From Podarcis vaucheri (taxonomy: Eukaryota): DNA of 64,000 bases. Positions 22,601-37,600 of the stretch are shown here, piece by piece. The translations under genes were made by a program, and so were the position numbers. How positions within the stretch are numbered: position 1 is the first letter of the stretch; every line of letters starts with the position of its first letter. Location of the stretch: assembly GCA_965113315.1 (NCBI GenBank), contig OZ220368.1; one strand, 5' to 3'. The notes beneath the pieces were generated by a model. That model had not been told where the DNA came from. It saw nothing but the letters and a program-made list of their open reading frames with translations, and searched no databases.

Positions 22601-25600
22601 CTGACAGTTAAGTCCAGTCATGAACGACTCTGGGGTTGTGGCGCTCATCTCGCTTTACTGGCCGAGGGAGCCGACGTTTGTCCACAGGCAAACACAGTCA
22701 CAGTCCATAGTCAACTGGCCAGCATGACTAAACCACTTCTGGTGAAACCAGAGCAGCGCACGGAAACGCCGTTTACCTTCCCGCCCAAGCGGTACCAGTT
22801 TATCTACTTGCAGTTTGACATGCTTTCAAACTGCTAGGTTGGCAAGAGCAGGAACTGAGCAATGGGAGCTCACCCCGTCGCAGGGATTTGAACTGCCGAC
22901 CTTCTGATTGGCAACCCCTAGGCTCAGTGGTTTAGACCACAACGCCACTTGTGTCCCATAACCACTTCTTGAAGGGAACCGTGCCCAGCAATTATTTCCT
23001 AGTTATTTCTGCCTGGCACATAGAAAGGGAACTTGGAAAGGTATTTGCAAAGGGAGGCACAAAAATGGTTCCAGTGGCATCACTGATAACTGTAGCTTAG
23101 ATCTGTATATGTGTGCACACCTTCTTTTTCCTCATTTCAGGAATCTAAATCCTTACTGGGGTCTTTATTTTATTGGAGCTTCCAAACTCGTAGAGCCCCT
23201 GCCTTGTAACTTAGGTCTCCAATGAAGTCTTGGGAATCACTTTGCTTAGCTGGTGTGGAGGGTCTAATTGACTACACTTCTGGGGTGGTATGCAACAAAT
23301 TAGATTGTGCAACAGAGCTTCTCTGCCTGTGTGCCCCTTAAATGTGTTCTGGGGATAGCCTGAACCCTCTGGAGCAGATTTGGGGAGATAGCATGGGGAG
23401 ACAAGTTCCCTTGAAAAGAGGAAATCTTTTGTGTCAGCAGAACTGCTTATTTGGATTTCACCCCTGAGCTTTTGATGATGCTGAAAGTTAAAGGGGGGGT
23501 GAGGAAGTAGCATGGCATCTTTACATAAGGGAAGGACCAAACGTTATTGGTAGAGAATGTTCTTTGCATGCAAAAGACCCCAAAATCAATATCTGGCACC
23601 TTTCAGGTAGGCTGAGGAAAGACTCCTGTAACCCTGTAGAACCACTGCCAGACAATGTAGACATTACTGAGCTTAGAGTGTTGGTGCATATGGTCAGAAA
23701 CAGGCAACGAAAGCTGAGAAAACTTGTTTTATTGTTGACAGAGGATAACGTGGCTTTTTGGCTTTTTGTGTGTGTGGTGCACAGTTGGGGATGATACAGC
23801 TGTATAGAATGAGCCAATGACTGTATAAGCTATCTCCCCACACTAAACTGAACATGTTTGGAGACTGCCTGCAAGCACTTAAGGTTGATTGGAAGGCTCA
23901 CTCAGATTCCTTTTATTGCATCACAGGAGTGTAAATGTGTTGAGCCTTCTTTGTAGAAGTGGAAGTGAAGAGGGAGAGAATAAAGTGAACCTTGTATGAC
24001 GAGGAATGCATGTTATCCAGCCTTACAGAGTGTGCCAAGAGCAGTGGGGCCCTGCTGAGGTTCAGACCTATATAGGACTGGAGTTGTGTGCCCTAGATTT
24101 TCCCCCTCCCACTGATCACATACATTCTTAATGAAATGTGCCTTAGTTAAGGGATAAGGGAAATTAACTGTTCATGTACTCAGAGGCACTTTCCTTTATT
24201 ATTAAATCAGAGCAATTGCAAATTGTTGGGATAAAAAAAAATTTCATCTGAAATGGGGTCTCAGAAAGAGGAATACATTAAGGAGGGTGCAAGTGGACAG
24301 ATTAAGAATTACTGTCTTACAGATATGGGAGCAATCAGCTGTCTGCATTGAATTACAGCAGGGCCCCTAGCTTTCCTGGGCCCATGGGCATATTTGGCAT
24401 TTTCAAAAGGTGTTGTGAATAACACCACAAAATTGCTGCTGTGGAGCGGGCAGGGAAAAGAAGGCTGCAGGTCAGAACATGACTGCTGTGAGTGTCATGC
24501 CTAGTCACAAATTTTGGAAAGTACGTCTCTCCCCACCCTGCGACTTACTTACATTGTATGTCTCCTGGGAAGGAGGTAGGCAGGCCTGGAGGAAGAAAAA
24601 ACAAAGGCTCACAAACCCCGGAGAACAGGGGGAAACAAACAGTCAAATGCAGACACCAGTGGCCAGGAAAGTATGGGAAACAAAAAAATGTAGACAACCA
24701 GAGAGGAAAAGGTTGGGAAGGGGAGAATGACAAATACAGACTGCTTCAGAGAGGAAAGAAGTTGAAACAAGAATTTAAAAATAAAAATGCAGAACCGCCA
24801 CCCCCCGAGAGAAGGACAAAACCTACACACAGTGTTCTGTTCCTTCCCTTCTCTCCCTCACTAGGTCCCTCTTTTCTTAGCCCCATCTTACTTCTTTTTT
24901 ACAAAATACTTTTTCTCCTCGTCACTCTGTGTTCTCCTTGGATAGTGATTTCAGGCTAGAAAACAAGAGAGTTTGAAGAGGAAGTGGGAATGGCACTCCT
25001 CCCACTTCCTCTCTCAGCTTTCTTTTCCAAGCAGAAATCACTCTCTTCTTACTTCTGAAGGGGCAGGGAGTGAAGTCATAGCATGGTATGGGGAGTACAG
25101 AGGCTTTCACTGACGTTGAGAGAGCCTTTCACAGGTGCTAATGCACACAAAAACCACATTGAGGATGCTGGCATTACAGCCGAAACCTTATAAATAAATA
25201 CATTCTATGCATGCCTGCACATATTGGCTCTTCTGATTTTACATGCTGTGGAAAATCACCAAGTCACAGGATATGCATTGGGCCTCCATTTGAAAGGAAG
25301 TTCTTATAGATGCTGGTTGAATGTGTAATCTTTTGTTTACAGTGCAGATGTGTACCTCGGTCTAGTGCAGCCCTGTAAATATAAGCACTCTGCATTTGCA
25401 CCCTTCAGGTTTACAGCATGTGCTTTGTGCAGTGATGCTTACTCAGGATGATAAGTGATGCTGCAAGACCTATGCTTCAGGGAACTATTTAAGTTGTCTG
25501 TGCATAATCAGTATCATCATGAAATTATAGCTAAATTGCAGCTGTTCAGCGCGAAGCATTGCCTGCTTACTTCTGCCGCAGATGGTGTGTGGCACATCTG

Positions 25601-28600
25601 ATGTGCTCAGAAATGTCTGTATCCTTTCCCAAGGGTTTGACAGTAAACACCATTAAATAAACAAAATAGTTCCTAGGTTGGGGATTCAGTCTTCTGCTCT
25701 TGTGTATGATCTCTCCCCCTTCCCCGTTTTTCATCTTGATGCTTCAGATGAAGTGAAGAGCATTTATGTCACTGATAACTGCATACACTCCAGCTGGAAG
25801 CATCTGCATCCACAGAGAAAACAGAGCAATGCTTACCTTTTATTACCTTTGCTGTAATGTTCCACTGTGCCAGCCAGCAAACTCTGCCTGGGATCCATAG
25901 AGCTGTTCTGTCTCATGTGAATTTCTCATTCCCTCATAGAATTTCCAGTGCCATATCATAAACTGCTTTTAAAAGTCCCACAGTTGAATAAGAAAATATC
26001 TAAAGTCTCCTTTGTTCATAGTATTCTGGATCCTGGCCTTTGTGAGCAATACCTTGCCCCTTCTTTTTAAGCACAAGAATATGGAGCTTTAGAAAGCATT
26101 ATTGCTTCTGTGTTGACTTTTAGAAATCTGCACTGTTTTATTTCATTCATTTCTCCTTATTAAAACTATAACTTCTTTGAGTTTCTTCATTATTAAAATA
26201 ATTGGTATGCAGTAGTGGTGTTTGTGTGAACCAACAAAAATCTTGTTTGGGTAGCCCTGTGAGCTTCAGTCCGTAGCTTGCAAAACTTTGCAGGATCCTA
26301 ACTCCTCCTCTTTTCCTCTGTTAAATAAGGGCTTTCGGATTCTGATGAAAACTGCAGGAGGTTTATGGACAGATGTATGCCTGAAGCATTTAAAAAGGTA
26401 GGTGTAAGAGAAAATTACAGTGGATTCTATCTAGTGCTGTAGATGGGAGAGTAGGCGGTATATAACTCATAAAGTGGCAGCTTGCTACATTCTGATACTG
26501 TAGCAAGTAAGGGGGAAGAGGGCAAGTTACAATAATGAACATGGTTGACAAATACTATTGTGCTATTCCACTTCAAATTTGCAGAGTTAAGAGCTGCATT
26601 TGATTTTTCTTTTGCATGTTGCAGCAATTTTGTGGTGTTCTACAAAATAGGTCACTTTTTATTGGGGACAGCAAATGGGGACAGGAGAATGGGGCTATTG
26701 AGAAAAGTTTGTAGGAATAAGGACAGGAGTTTGTTTGGGGTTTCTTTTAAAGTGAATTAGTGATGTTATGCCAAGTGAAGATGTTCTCCTAGCCACCTCT
26801 GGTCTTGGAATGTATTGAAGATACTGTTTTCTCTAAATATTCTATGCCTAAAAATGGAATCTTCTTAAAACTGGGATAGGGAGCTAAGGTGGATGCCGGC
26901 TGTTCTTTCCAGGTTTAAAATCTGCCTTCAGAAGTTGTTTGTTGCTAAATAGATAGCTCCAAAAGCATTTCAAGGCTAGCAAAAAGGTACTCTTTTTTCC
27001 CCTTGTAGATCCATGTCAGCATTTTAACACATACTGTGCTCCTTTGCAGCTGTTGACATCGAGCGCTGTTCATAAATGGGGTACCGAAATCCATGAGGGA
27101 ATCTACAACATGTTGATGCTACTAGTAGATCTGGCTGCAGAGAGGATAAAGCAAGATCCTATCCCTGTTGGTCTTCTCGCTGTATTCACAATGGTATTGC
27201 AGTTACTTGATCTCAAGGCTATTCAGCATGAAAATCTTACAACTGAATATCTGTTCATCCTAAACACATGGCTTATTAAAATGTAAAATCTAGAAAAGAC
27301 ATTTCTTGGTTATATTTGCATACTGAATACATTCTGCCAAATCATGATTAAGGAAGCTTTTAACTATGACTTAATGTGATGTTTGAATTGACAAGACATA
27401 TTGAATTAACAAGACATATTGAATTAACAAGACATACTGAATTGACCCATCACCCATTGAATCAGAATAAGAAACCTGGTTTGCAGTGGTTTTTTGAACC
27501 ATGGCTTGTACTATTCTGGTTTGCCATGTCTGAACTGACAAACCACAGTTATGGCTGTTGTGTCATTTTCCAAGAACTGCTCCAAACCTTGGCTTTCCTG
27601 TATATTTGGAAATTCAAACCACTTAGGTTCTAAACTATAGAGAATGTAATTAATTACTTAGTAAGATGTATGTTCGTACTTTGCTTTGACACTTGGTATT
27701 CTACTGTCTGCAATGACTTTAAACTTGTCAATTTACTGTTTTTAAGAAATGTGAAGAGGGAGTGACCATATCTCAGTAGTAGAGCACATAGTCTGCAATC
27801 TCAAGATCCGAGGTTCAATTTCTGGCATCTTCAGTTAGACGGATCAGGTGGTAGGCAATGGGAAAGATCTCCCTCTGTCTGGGACCCTGAAGAGCTGGTC
27901 CTTGTCAGAATAGACCATACTAGAGCAGATGAGCAAACAGTCTAACCTGGTATAGGGCTGGTTTTTGAGGTTTCACTCACAATATTTCACTTTTCATTTT
28001 AAAAGCCAAAGTTAAGCATCCATGTTAATATCTACATAAACATAATCCGAAGCAATGCATTTCGCCAGTCTAGGCTCCAATAGCCACCCAGTGTTTTGTC
28101 AAAGAAAATTGGTTTTGAGATACTAAAACCATGTCTTCTATTTCTTCACTCTGAAGTTCTGGTCCTGCTTCTGCAAAAGTGTATGTACTTCTTGATGTTC
28201 AAACACTTCTCTTTCCTAGGAAGGAAAACCTGATGAAAAGCCACTTGATCCAAATGTGTTTTACATTGGAAAATTGCTAATCCTATATGTCTGCTTTCTT
28301 GTCACACCTTTCACTGTAGGCTCTTAATCCTGATAATGAGTACCATTTCAAGAACCGAATGAAAGTATGCCAAAGGAACTGGGCAGAAGTATTTGGAGAG
28401 GGCAATATGTATGCTGTCTCACCCATATCTACTTTCCAGAAGGTAAATGTGTACACTTCAGGTCTCTTACTAGAAGTCAGACAGAATTTAAGTTGTGTTT
28501 TAGTGCAGTATGTGTGTCACTTGAAATAAACATTGCCATTTCCTCCCCACCCCCTTTCCCATATCTAACAATTTATCAATCTGTCTCATTGACAGTAGCC

Positions 28601-31600
28601 TTTCGTGTGCTATTATTTCTGCTACTTTGACTATAATAAGGGTTTAATTACCACTCCAACCACAGTGCTCTCTTCTAGGTTTTAGTGGTGACCACACTGT
28701 AGCTGTGGTTTAGACTGTCATATGGGTGTGATAATTTCCAGTCCTTTTAGATCTGAATAGTGGCTAAGGAAGTGATAAATGGATAAATAAAAATTCGGTC
28801 ATGAGACTTTTTAGACACTTTTGCAGCATTGAGCTTATTGTTGCCAAAATCTTGCTTCTAATTTCATTCCTTTTTTAAAAAAAAACCCAACCCCTTCTAC
28901 TCCATTATGGGTTATAAATATAACTGATTCTGTGTCACCAGCTCCATATCCTAATCTTGCCATAGAATCATAGACTCATAGACCATAATACATTATAATA
29001 GGTAAGGCAATGTTTGGGAAGTGGATAGTGCTAACAATCTCATCCAGAAATGTTATGTGCCTTATCTGAACAGTTGTTGGCAGGCAGTGCCTGTGTTGTA
29101 TTTGCAGTGACCAGTCATGCATGAAGTAATCTAGAGCTCTAAATGAAACACACAATTAAAACACAATTATTTTAGAAAGTATCCTTGAGGGGGAAATGCT
29201 ACTAATTTGTTAACATCTCTGTTGGCTAGGAACCACATGGATGGCTAGTGGACTTAGTGAACAGGGTAAGTAAATGATAAAGCATTATTTATTCTGAACC
29301 ATCTGCACATGTAAGGCACTATAAAGACTTTCGCTAAACAAAAATAAAACCAGTTCCTGGGGTGGGGTGGGGGACAACAAGAATGACTGTGAAGAAATAC
29401 AGTTACAAATATTTAAGCTGGGATTAAGTTGGAAATAAGTGTTGGTCAAAAGACATATGGGAAAATAAGATACATTTGAGGAAGGATCTGAAGTGGAAGA
29501 GTTAGCACCATGTCTATATTCAGATAGATCACAAAAGAGAATGAATGGGTTGTAATTTAAAGCAAGAGGACTTCTGTCAATGAAGGATGTTAGCACTGGA
29601 AGAATGAGGATCATATATAGGCATATATTTTTAAATGAGATCCAGTGGATGAATTTATAGTGGTACTGAAGGGAATGGGAAGTATTTGAAGGGAAATGAA
29701 GAGCGGTCATCACTTGTACAATGGGAGAGGTGAATGTTTTTGTCAGCAGGATGAGTATTTTTAGCACCAAATATGAGGCTAGAGTTCTGTGGAGAGGCTT
29801 CCAAGGCTCATTTTGTATGTGTGTGCACACATGTTCATGTATGCAGCATTATTCTTGCAAAATGTTCATGTGTGAGTTTTCATCATTTATCTGGAGCTGT
29901 AATAGAGTAAGAAGAAATGGATGATGCATATGGAAAAATAGTTTTACCTCTTAAAGGGATTTGTCATCAATTTCCCTGTGAAATGCCACTGAACTGAGTT
30001 TTCTAGGTGAACTTCAGAAAAATATGAGTCTTTGACAGAGAGAACTGCAATAGTAGTTTTCCTATTCTCCTATGAGAATTGTTGTACCTTTACCTCCATC
30101 ACTGAAGTAGTAAAATCCTTAGAATCAGCATACCTTACTGATACACTTTCCTGTGGTGGACAACTGAAAGAAATGCTCATCTATTCATGCCTGTTTCTGA
30201 GATCTATCACACTACTTTTATTTATATAGTCCATGTCTTTGACGTGTTGTTTGTATATTTTTTTAGTTTGCAGAATTAGGTGGATTTTCTGCAATTCAGT
30301 CTAAGCTTCATTCAGAAGATATTGAACTTGGGGTAAGTTAAAATCCTGATCATTTCCCTTTGTTTTATGAATCTTTTACAGTAGATGGCTCTTGTTCAAT
30401 ACTTACAAATTTTCTGTTGTTGTGTAACGGAAGTAATATTTTAGTCTCGAGATGTGCTGGGTGAAGCAAACACAACTTCTAAAACTGTAGTGTGAATTGG
30501 CGTGCTTCATTGCATTACCTTTAGGCTGTATTTGCTGCTGCTGTCATCAAGCAAAACTATACTAGCCATGTTCATCTGTCTGTTTTATCAAATACCATTC
30601 TCTTGTCTTAGCCTCATATGCTAGGCATCCTTCTTGTGGCATTTGCCTCGGGTCTGTTCTGTGTATGTTCTTAAATGCTTTCTCTTTCTTCTAGGCAGTA
30701 TCTTCTTTAGTTCAGCCTTTGGGGGTTTGTGCAGAGTATCTCAATTCTTCGGTAGTACAGGTAACGAACAGCACTTTCTCTTTAAAATTATGTACAATTA
30801 GTAACTTGCTCTGAGATTTTTTTTAAATAAGTGAAACAAGTGTGGTTCATTGCCCTATGCCTTATGTTTGTTTTTCGGGTAATGCATTTGCAAAATACTT
30901 GTTTTGAAACTCATAATATTATAATAATATAATAACACCAAATGATGCTCACATTAACATTGATGCTATTATTGTTAAAAACAACAGTCAGTTTGGGATA
31001 ACTCTAGATAATCTGCGAGATACCTTTATAGGACAGATTGGAGGTGGGCGGTCTGTGAGATCCAATTTGTATACTTAGAATTAAATAATTCTGAACCCTG
31101 GAATTTGTGTTTAGTGACAGAACCAAACTGAGTTTGCAGTCCTTCGACATAAAAGCCTACTCCTCCAGCAGTTGAATGGGGGGGGGAGCCATTTTGCTGC
31201 CATTGTTAAACAATTGGGAGTTGGAAATCCTTGTTCTACTTTAGCCCACCCAGAGCTCAGTCAATAGGTCCTAATCTAACATTTGCCACCCCAATATAGA
31301 CTTGTATTTATTTTTACATTGGAAAGTATCTAACAGTCACATGTGAAAGTTGCTTGTGTAACTGATCTTTCTCCTCCTCCCTACAGACACTTAAAAAGCC
31401 TTTCTGGAGGACTTCATTGAACAGCATGGGCTGTTTACCTGGAAGGGGGGTGTTGTCTGAAACTGGACACAAAAACCTTGCTTCCTTTGCCCATTTTAGG
31501 GAGAGTTGCCTATTCCACAGCCCATAGGAAAGCCCTCCAGAGAGGGTCTACGGGGGGTGGGGGTGAAAAGATTGGTTGAGTGAGCAGTTTACCACTCAGG

Positions 31601-34600
31601 CAAGCAGTGGATACAACACTTTATAATTAATTAATTTGTTTGTTTCCTTACTTCACATATACTCACATCAAACTGGCTTACATCTATTTTAATTGTACCT
31701 AGTTTGTGTCAAATAATGGAACACTAGCATAAGTCTTAAGTTCTGAACATAAGTGGAATATACTTTTACTCAGGGGAGAGTGGTTGCAATTTTTGTTTCC
31801 TGCACCACATTAAATCTCACTTGGGGAAACTTCCCTGATCTTCAGAAGGGTCAGGAATAAAAGTTTTCCATTTCAAGAAAGCCCTTGGAGCAGGGAGATA
31901 CATTTTCTCTTTAACATACAGAATGCCTGTTTCTTGTTTTATAGCCCATGCTGGACCCAGTAATTCATAATATGATTAAATATGTACAGAATGTTGAAGA
32001 GAAGGACCTGAAAGACAAGGTAAAACCAGATTTTTTGGATATGACCTACAACTTGAACTGCAATTTGAAAGTGTAAAACTGACATTCCGTTAGCTAATGC
32101 TGCTGCTCCCATGCTTAAAAGGATGTGTGTACTTAACTAATGCTTGGTGAAACACTTGTAATGACACTTGACAAATAATCAGCATTAGAAGATTTAGCCA
32201 TTAATGCTGTCAGCTGCAGTGTGCTTAGTACACACTTTCCTTTACAAAGTAATTTGTTCTATATTTATGATTTATTTAGAACATGTTTACCCAGCTCTTC
32301 AGCTGGGTTACTTACATGCAGTCAGTTAATACAGGGAAGTGCCTTCCTACAGACTTACAGTCTAAAACACATGATGCACAAGAAAGAAGGGCTTGGAAAG
32401 GAAGAAGAAACTCAGGATACCCATTTAAAAAATAAATAATAATTTCTATAATGACAGAAATTGTTCAGGGACAGGAAGAGCTCAATAAAGCAAGTATTTT
32501 AGTGGAGCTGGTAGAGTGGCCCTGCTAGAATGGTTGCTTCCGTGTAGCAGTCTACATCAGGCATAGGCAATCTCGGCCCTCCAGATGTTTTGGGCTACAA
32601 CTCCCATCATCCCTGACTACTGGTCCTGTTAGCTAGGGATGATGGGAGTTGTAGTCCGAAAACATCTGGAGGGCGAAGTTTGCCTGTGCCTGGTCTACAT
32701 CCACAATAGTTGCAAATCTGCACTCTTTGTTTTAGGAGGCTGGAATCTTGTATAGCTATTGCTTTTTCAAAGCTTGTTTGATAGACAATGCAGAACTTAA
32801 AAAAGCTTAATAACTTTTACCCAAAAAATGCTCAACAACTTTTGTGTCCAGATTTTCACTTTTTGAAATTTGGGAGCCCTACCTGTACAGTTTCAAAGGC
32901 TGCCTGAACTTAGGTGGTATCTTCCTTGCTGCTTGAATTCTTCTCTGAGATCTCTAAAAAGCGCTCATAATTCTTATGTTTTGCAGAGGCTGGTCAGTAT
33001 CCCTGAACTCTTGTCTGCCATCAAGCTCCTTTGCATGCGATTCCAACCTGACTTGGTAACAGTCGTAGATGACCTGCGCTTAGATATCCTGTTGCGTATG
33101 CTGAAATCGCCACACTTCAGTGCAAAAATGAACTCTCTCAAAGAAGTAAGTTTGCTATGCTAAAATCTTCAACTGATTAGATTGACATTCACAATCGGGT
33201 ATTTTCAACTTTCACAGCTCTAGGACACACTTTTATCCCAAACGCTCATTTGGCGATCATTTTATTGATATTTTACCATATATGTGCATGGTGGTGGTGC
33301 TCCTCTTGCGAGCCACCTTAAATCAGGCTGCAGCCCACGAATGGGTCCAGATCCAGTAGTTAAAGGCTAGTTATCTAGCTCATATTAACCGTAACAACTT
33401 AATGATACCCATTGCTGATTTGGATCATAAAGCTTTCAAAGAGAAAATTAAGAGGCATAGGAGGAATCAAAAGATTCTTAGATTCTATCCATGGCTATAA
33501 ATCCGTTTGAAGTTCACTTATGGAATAAGTGGCAAATATATGGTGTTAGTGTGCATTTAAAAGGCCTAATAAACTTTTCATGAGGCCATTGAAATATTAA
33601 TGATTTTACAGAGCTGGGCACTGCTCAGTGCAGTAATGAAAAATAGAATATAGTTTTGCTTATTCCCTGGATCTTCAAGTATTTAGTGTTTCAGGCCTTG
33701 CAAACCTTCACAGTGAAGACACATATTTACAGCCCTCCCAAGAACCACCCATACATACAGCAACCGACTTTCAAGTTTATATATTTTATTTCCTACACAC
33801 TTTGGCTATTGATATATCTAGTTGTTACAAATCCTCTGAATGACACTGTGTTAATTTTTAGGTAACAAAACTTATTGAAGACAGCACTGTATCCAAATCA
33901 GTAAAGAACGCAATAGATACAGATCGGTTATTAAACTGGCTAGTAGAAAACTCTGTTCTTTCAATTGCATTAGAAGGTAAGTTTTGAATATCCTGCTGCG
34001 TTTCTGAAATTCTTAAACAGAAAGAAAGTTGATATTGTGGTTGCAGTCAGAAGGAGTGCTAAACTATGTTTGGTATTAATGAAAGTGAGCCTTGTACTTG
34101 CATGCTGCCTCACTCCTCTTCCTCCAGGTTGGCTGCAAGGAAATGATGTGAAGCTTTCACTTACAAGATTAAAATAAATTCAGAATGTTGTCCAAACCCA
34201 GGCAAACTGTGGTTTATCTTAACAGTGGTCGATTGACACAAACCATAGTTTAGAAAGTTGGCTTGTTTCAATTAACCATTGTTAAGATGAAGTGTTGTTT
34301 GGCTTTGGATGATTAAAAAAAACGTGGTTAATACAAGATGGAAGCTAAAATTGTGTACTTTTTGCAGTACGAGAACAAAGTATATGAGCTAAGACTCGTA
34401 ATGCTAAACCACAGCACTTTGTCTGAACCATTCATGTATCTGAATATTTTGGTGTAGATATTCAAAAGTTCATATTTTAGTGAGTCTTTCAAATTCTCTG
34501 GTATTTTTAGAAGTATCTTGGGTGCTACCAGCACCAATCCATCGGGTAAGAAATGGCATTTTAAAAAATACTAAGGGCCTTAGTTGTGTAGTGAATGAGA

Positions 34601-37600
34601 TGGAGAGGGTTGTTAGAAAACAGATCTTCATGTTACTGAAGCTCTTCTTAGTTGTTTTGAAGGAGTATATATTTTGTTATTACCATTTCAAAGACTTGAT
34701 TAAGGCATTCCTTCTGGTTAGGCTCACTGTCCTGTTTCTTTCGCTAGGTAACATAGACCAAGCACAATATTGTGATCGTATAAAAGGAATTATTGAACTC
34801 CTGGGCAGCAAGTTATCATTAGATGAGCTGACAAAAATATGGAGAATACAGGTGAGGATGTGCAGCAGTATGTCTCAGAGTTTGAAATTCTTTTGACAGC
34901 ATTTGTGGAATGTCTTTTTCAGGTGCATGTATAAAGGTCCCAAACCTATCCAAACTTAGCAGTTAATAATAGTGTGACTGATCATACGGTAGATATCCAT
35001 GGAGATGGAGTATGTGTTATTCTACAGAATTAGGACTCATGGAAGGAAGTTGTGTTCGTGGATGCTAAATAGATGCATCAGTCCTAGGATTGGAAGGAGG
35101 CCAGTAGGTCATATTGTTAAACAACTTGCCCAAGGGAAGTTTGTTGCTTGTAATACAAACAACACCTCAATGAATTTTATTTTATTTTATTTTATTTGAA
35201 ATCACATAAATATGCCACAAGCAGAGAGAAGGGTTTGTTCCAATGCATGCTTCTCAGTACTTTCCTATCACCATATTAAGTCCTGACATCTTTATCTTGT
35301 ATTGTGACTTTCTCAAACCTCATAAGACATACCTTGTTCATGTCCTGCTGACCAGTAATCTGATTTAGGCAAGTTTCCAAGAAGATGTGTGACAACCACA
35401 CTCCGATGCTATATGAGCAAGAAAGCAAACAGTATGCTGATCACATTTGCTGAGGCCCTGGAAAAAATTACGCTTCTAGGTTCATCTCTTTTGTTTCTAG
35501 TTGTATCTCTCTTCAAATTCTGTGTGAAAGAGAAAACATTGAGAGATGTATGAATTTTCTTTTTATCTTATTTTAGAACTGCTAGTTTTTTTAATTGCTT
35601 TGCTAAATTTGTTTGACACCCACATACCTTTGCATTATCTGTACATTTTATTCAGTCCATCCATCCTCCCACACACCATTTCATTATTTGGTTACTTAGT
35701 TATTGCACTTTGGTAAACAGAGCTCTAGCAATTCATTTATCTTCAAGGGCACTTCTGTCACTTTTCTTTTTTGCAGAAATGATGTTCATTCAAATTTCAC
35801 ATAAGTGTTGAAGGCTGCATGTTCTCTCCCTACCCTGCCTCCTCACTGCTTAATTTTAGTACTCTTATATGAAGCAACTATGTCAAATCTTCCTGTGCGC
35901 TGAATATGTTAAGAAACTATGGCCTGCTCTATACCTCAGTTTATGGTTATTCATAAATTTAATGGAAAATTTCTGCATGAAAATTTGTGCTAGAAAATTT
36001 CTGGAGTGCAGAAATGTAATGAGCACAAGGACCACAACTCCAATTTACTTTATAACTAGGTATGGGCGTCTTTAGAATATCCACACAGTGTTAAGCTTAT
36101 AAATATGCAGTAGTCTGTAAAATGGTGACAAAGCTCTTTATTTCTGGCATTGTTGCAACAATGTGACGTACTTCTTCATTTATTTTGAGCACAGTCATTC
36201 TGCTGACAAACCTGTGACATGTTCTAAAAAAAGAGATCTTAAGGTTCTGTGTGTCTCTGAATATCACACATTATAGCATGTCTCTGTAGTCTATCCCTTT
36301 CCAGTACTGTAGGACATGGGTGGGTTGTGACTGACTAAGGTGAGTTGCAAATCATTGCCACAGTGTAGCAGGGATGCAGGTAGAGTTGATGTACAAAGTT
36401 GTGATGCCCACTGCTTTTAAGCACACAATTTCCAGTATTCCAAATGGATGACTTCTGTGGTTCAATGTGTTTTCAGTCTCTCAACATTACATAGGATACT
36501 TATAACTAAGAATACTGCTACAATATTTTAAGGTGACTTCATTTCTTTAGATTTTGGCCATACGTTAACTTCAGTTGTATATGAGAACAAATAACATTTG
36601 CACACTGCCCATTCACAAGTATATTTCTTGTTGCAATATGTAGCACCAAGAGTTTGGTTGATAAATTAGCAGCTCAGTATTCCATACAGTCTTCATATTT
36701 GCATTACCTTTAGAATGTTTATTTCAAATACTGTACTAATCTGCATTCATAGAAGGGCTGTTAGCACCTATGTTAGCAACTTCTTTTGATTTTGAACAAA
36801 TCAGTTCAGCCTTCCTGAAGGATTGTGAGTCCTTTCTGACATGGCTTGAGCATTTATTTCTGAAATTTTACCTTCCAAGGTTCTCAAAAGCACCATCTTT
36901 TCTTAGAGATGAACAAATGATTCATCTTTATTTAATTATGTAGTAGTAGTTACACAATGCCTGCATTTCTACTGGTTCCATTAGCCTCCAGATACCCAGA
37001 ACCTGAAACAGAAAGTGCTTCTGAATTAGTAATCAGTTTACTCAATGACACACCTAGCAAATGGTATCTGCCCTTTACACTTAGTATAAAACCTTTCACA
37101 GAATACTAATACCTCCTTTGTTGTGTCCAAAACCTGAACGTAAAACCACAAAGTTGTCAGTGTGGTATTTCTTGCAGTCTCTAAGATGGGGCTACAAACT
37201 TCCTCATTCTTGCTTGATAATACACAGTGTGAACCTAAGCATGTTTAGTCAGAAACAACTGGGAAAGGTTATGGACCACCGGTATGAAATTTACGGCATG
37301 TACTGCCTTAAAAGAAAACATTATGAAAATGATATACAGGTGGTACATGACCCCAGTTAAACTTGCAAAGATATATCATCTGTCTGATAACAAATGTTGG
37401 AAATGTAAGGAGGCTGAAGGAACTTTTTTTCACCTCTGGTGGACATGCCCGAGGGTGAAGGCCTTTTGGGAAATGATTTATAATGAATTGAAAAAGGTGT
37501 TCAGGTACACCTTCTGTAAGAAACCAGAGGCCTTCCTCCTGGGCATTGTGGGCCAGAGAGTGTTAAAGAAAGATAGAACTTTCTTTTTATATGCAACTAC

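Noticed and set aside
29285-29830. 181-aa minus-strand ORF in intron 6
   Set aside because: No recognisable domain or splice context; composition fits chance in purine-skewed intron DNA
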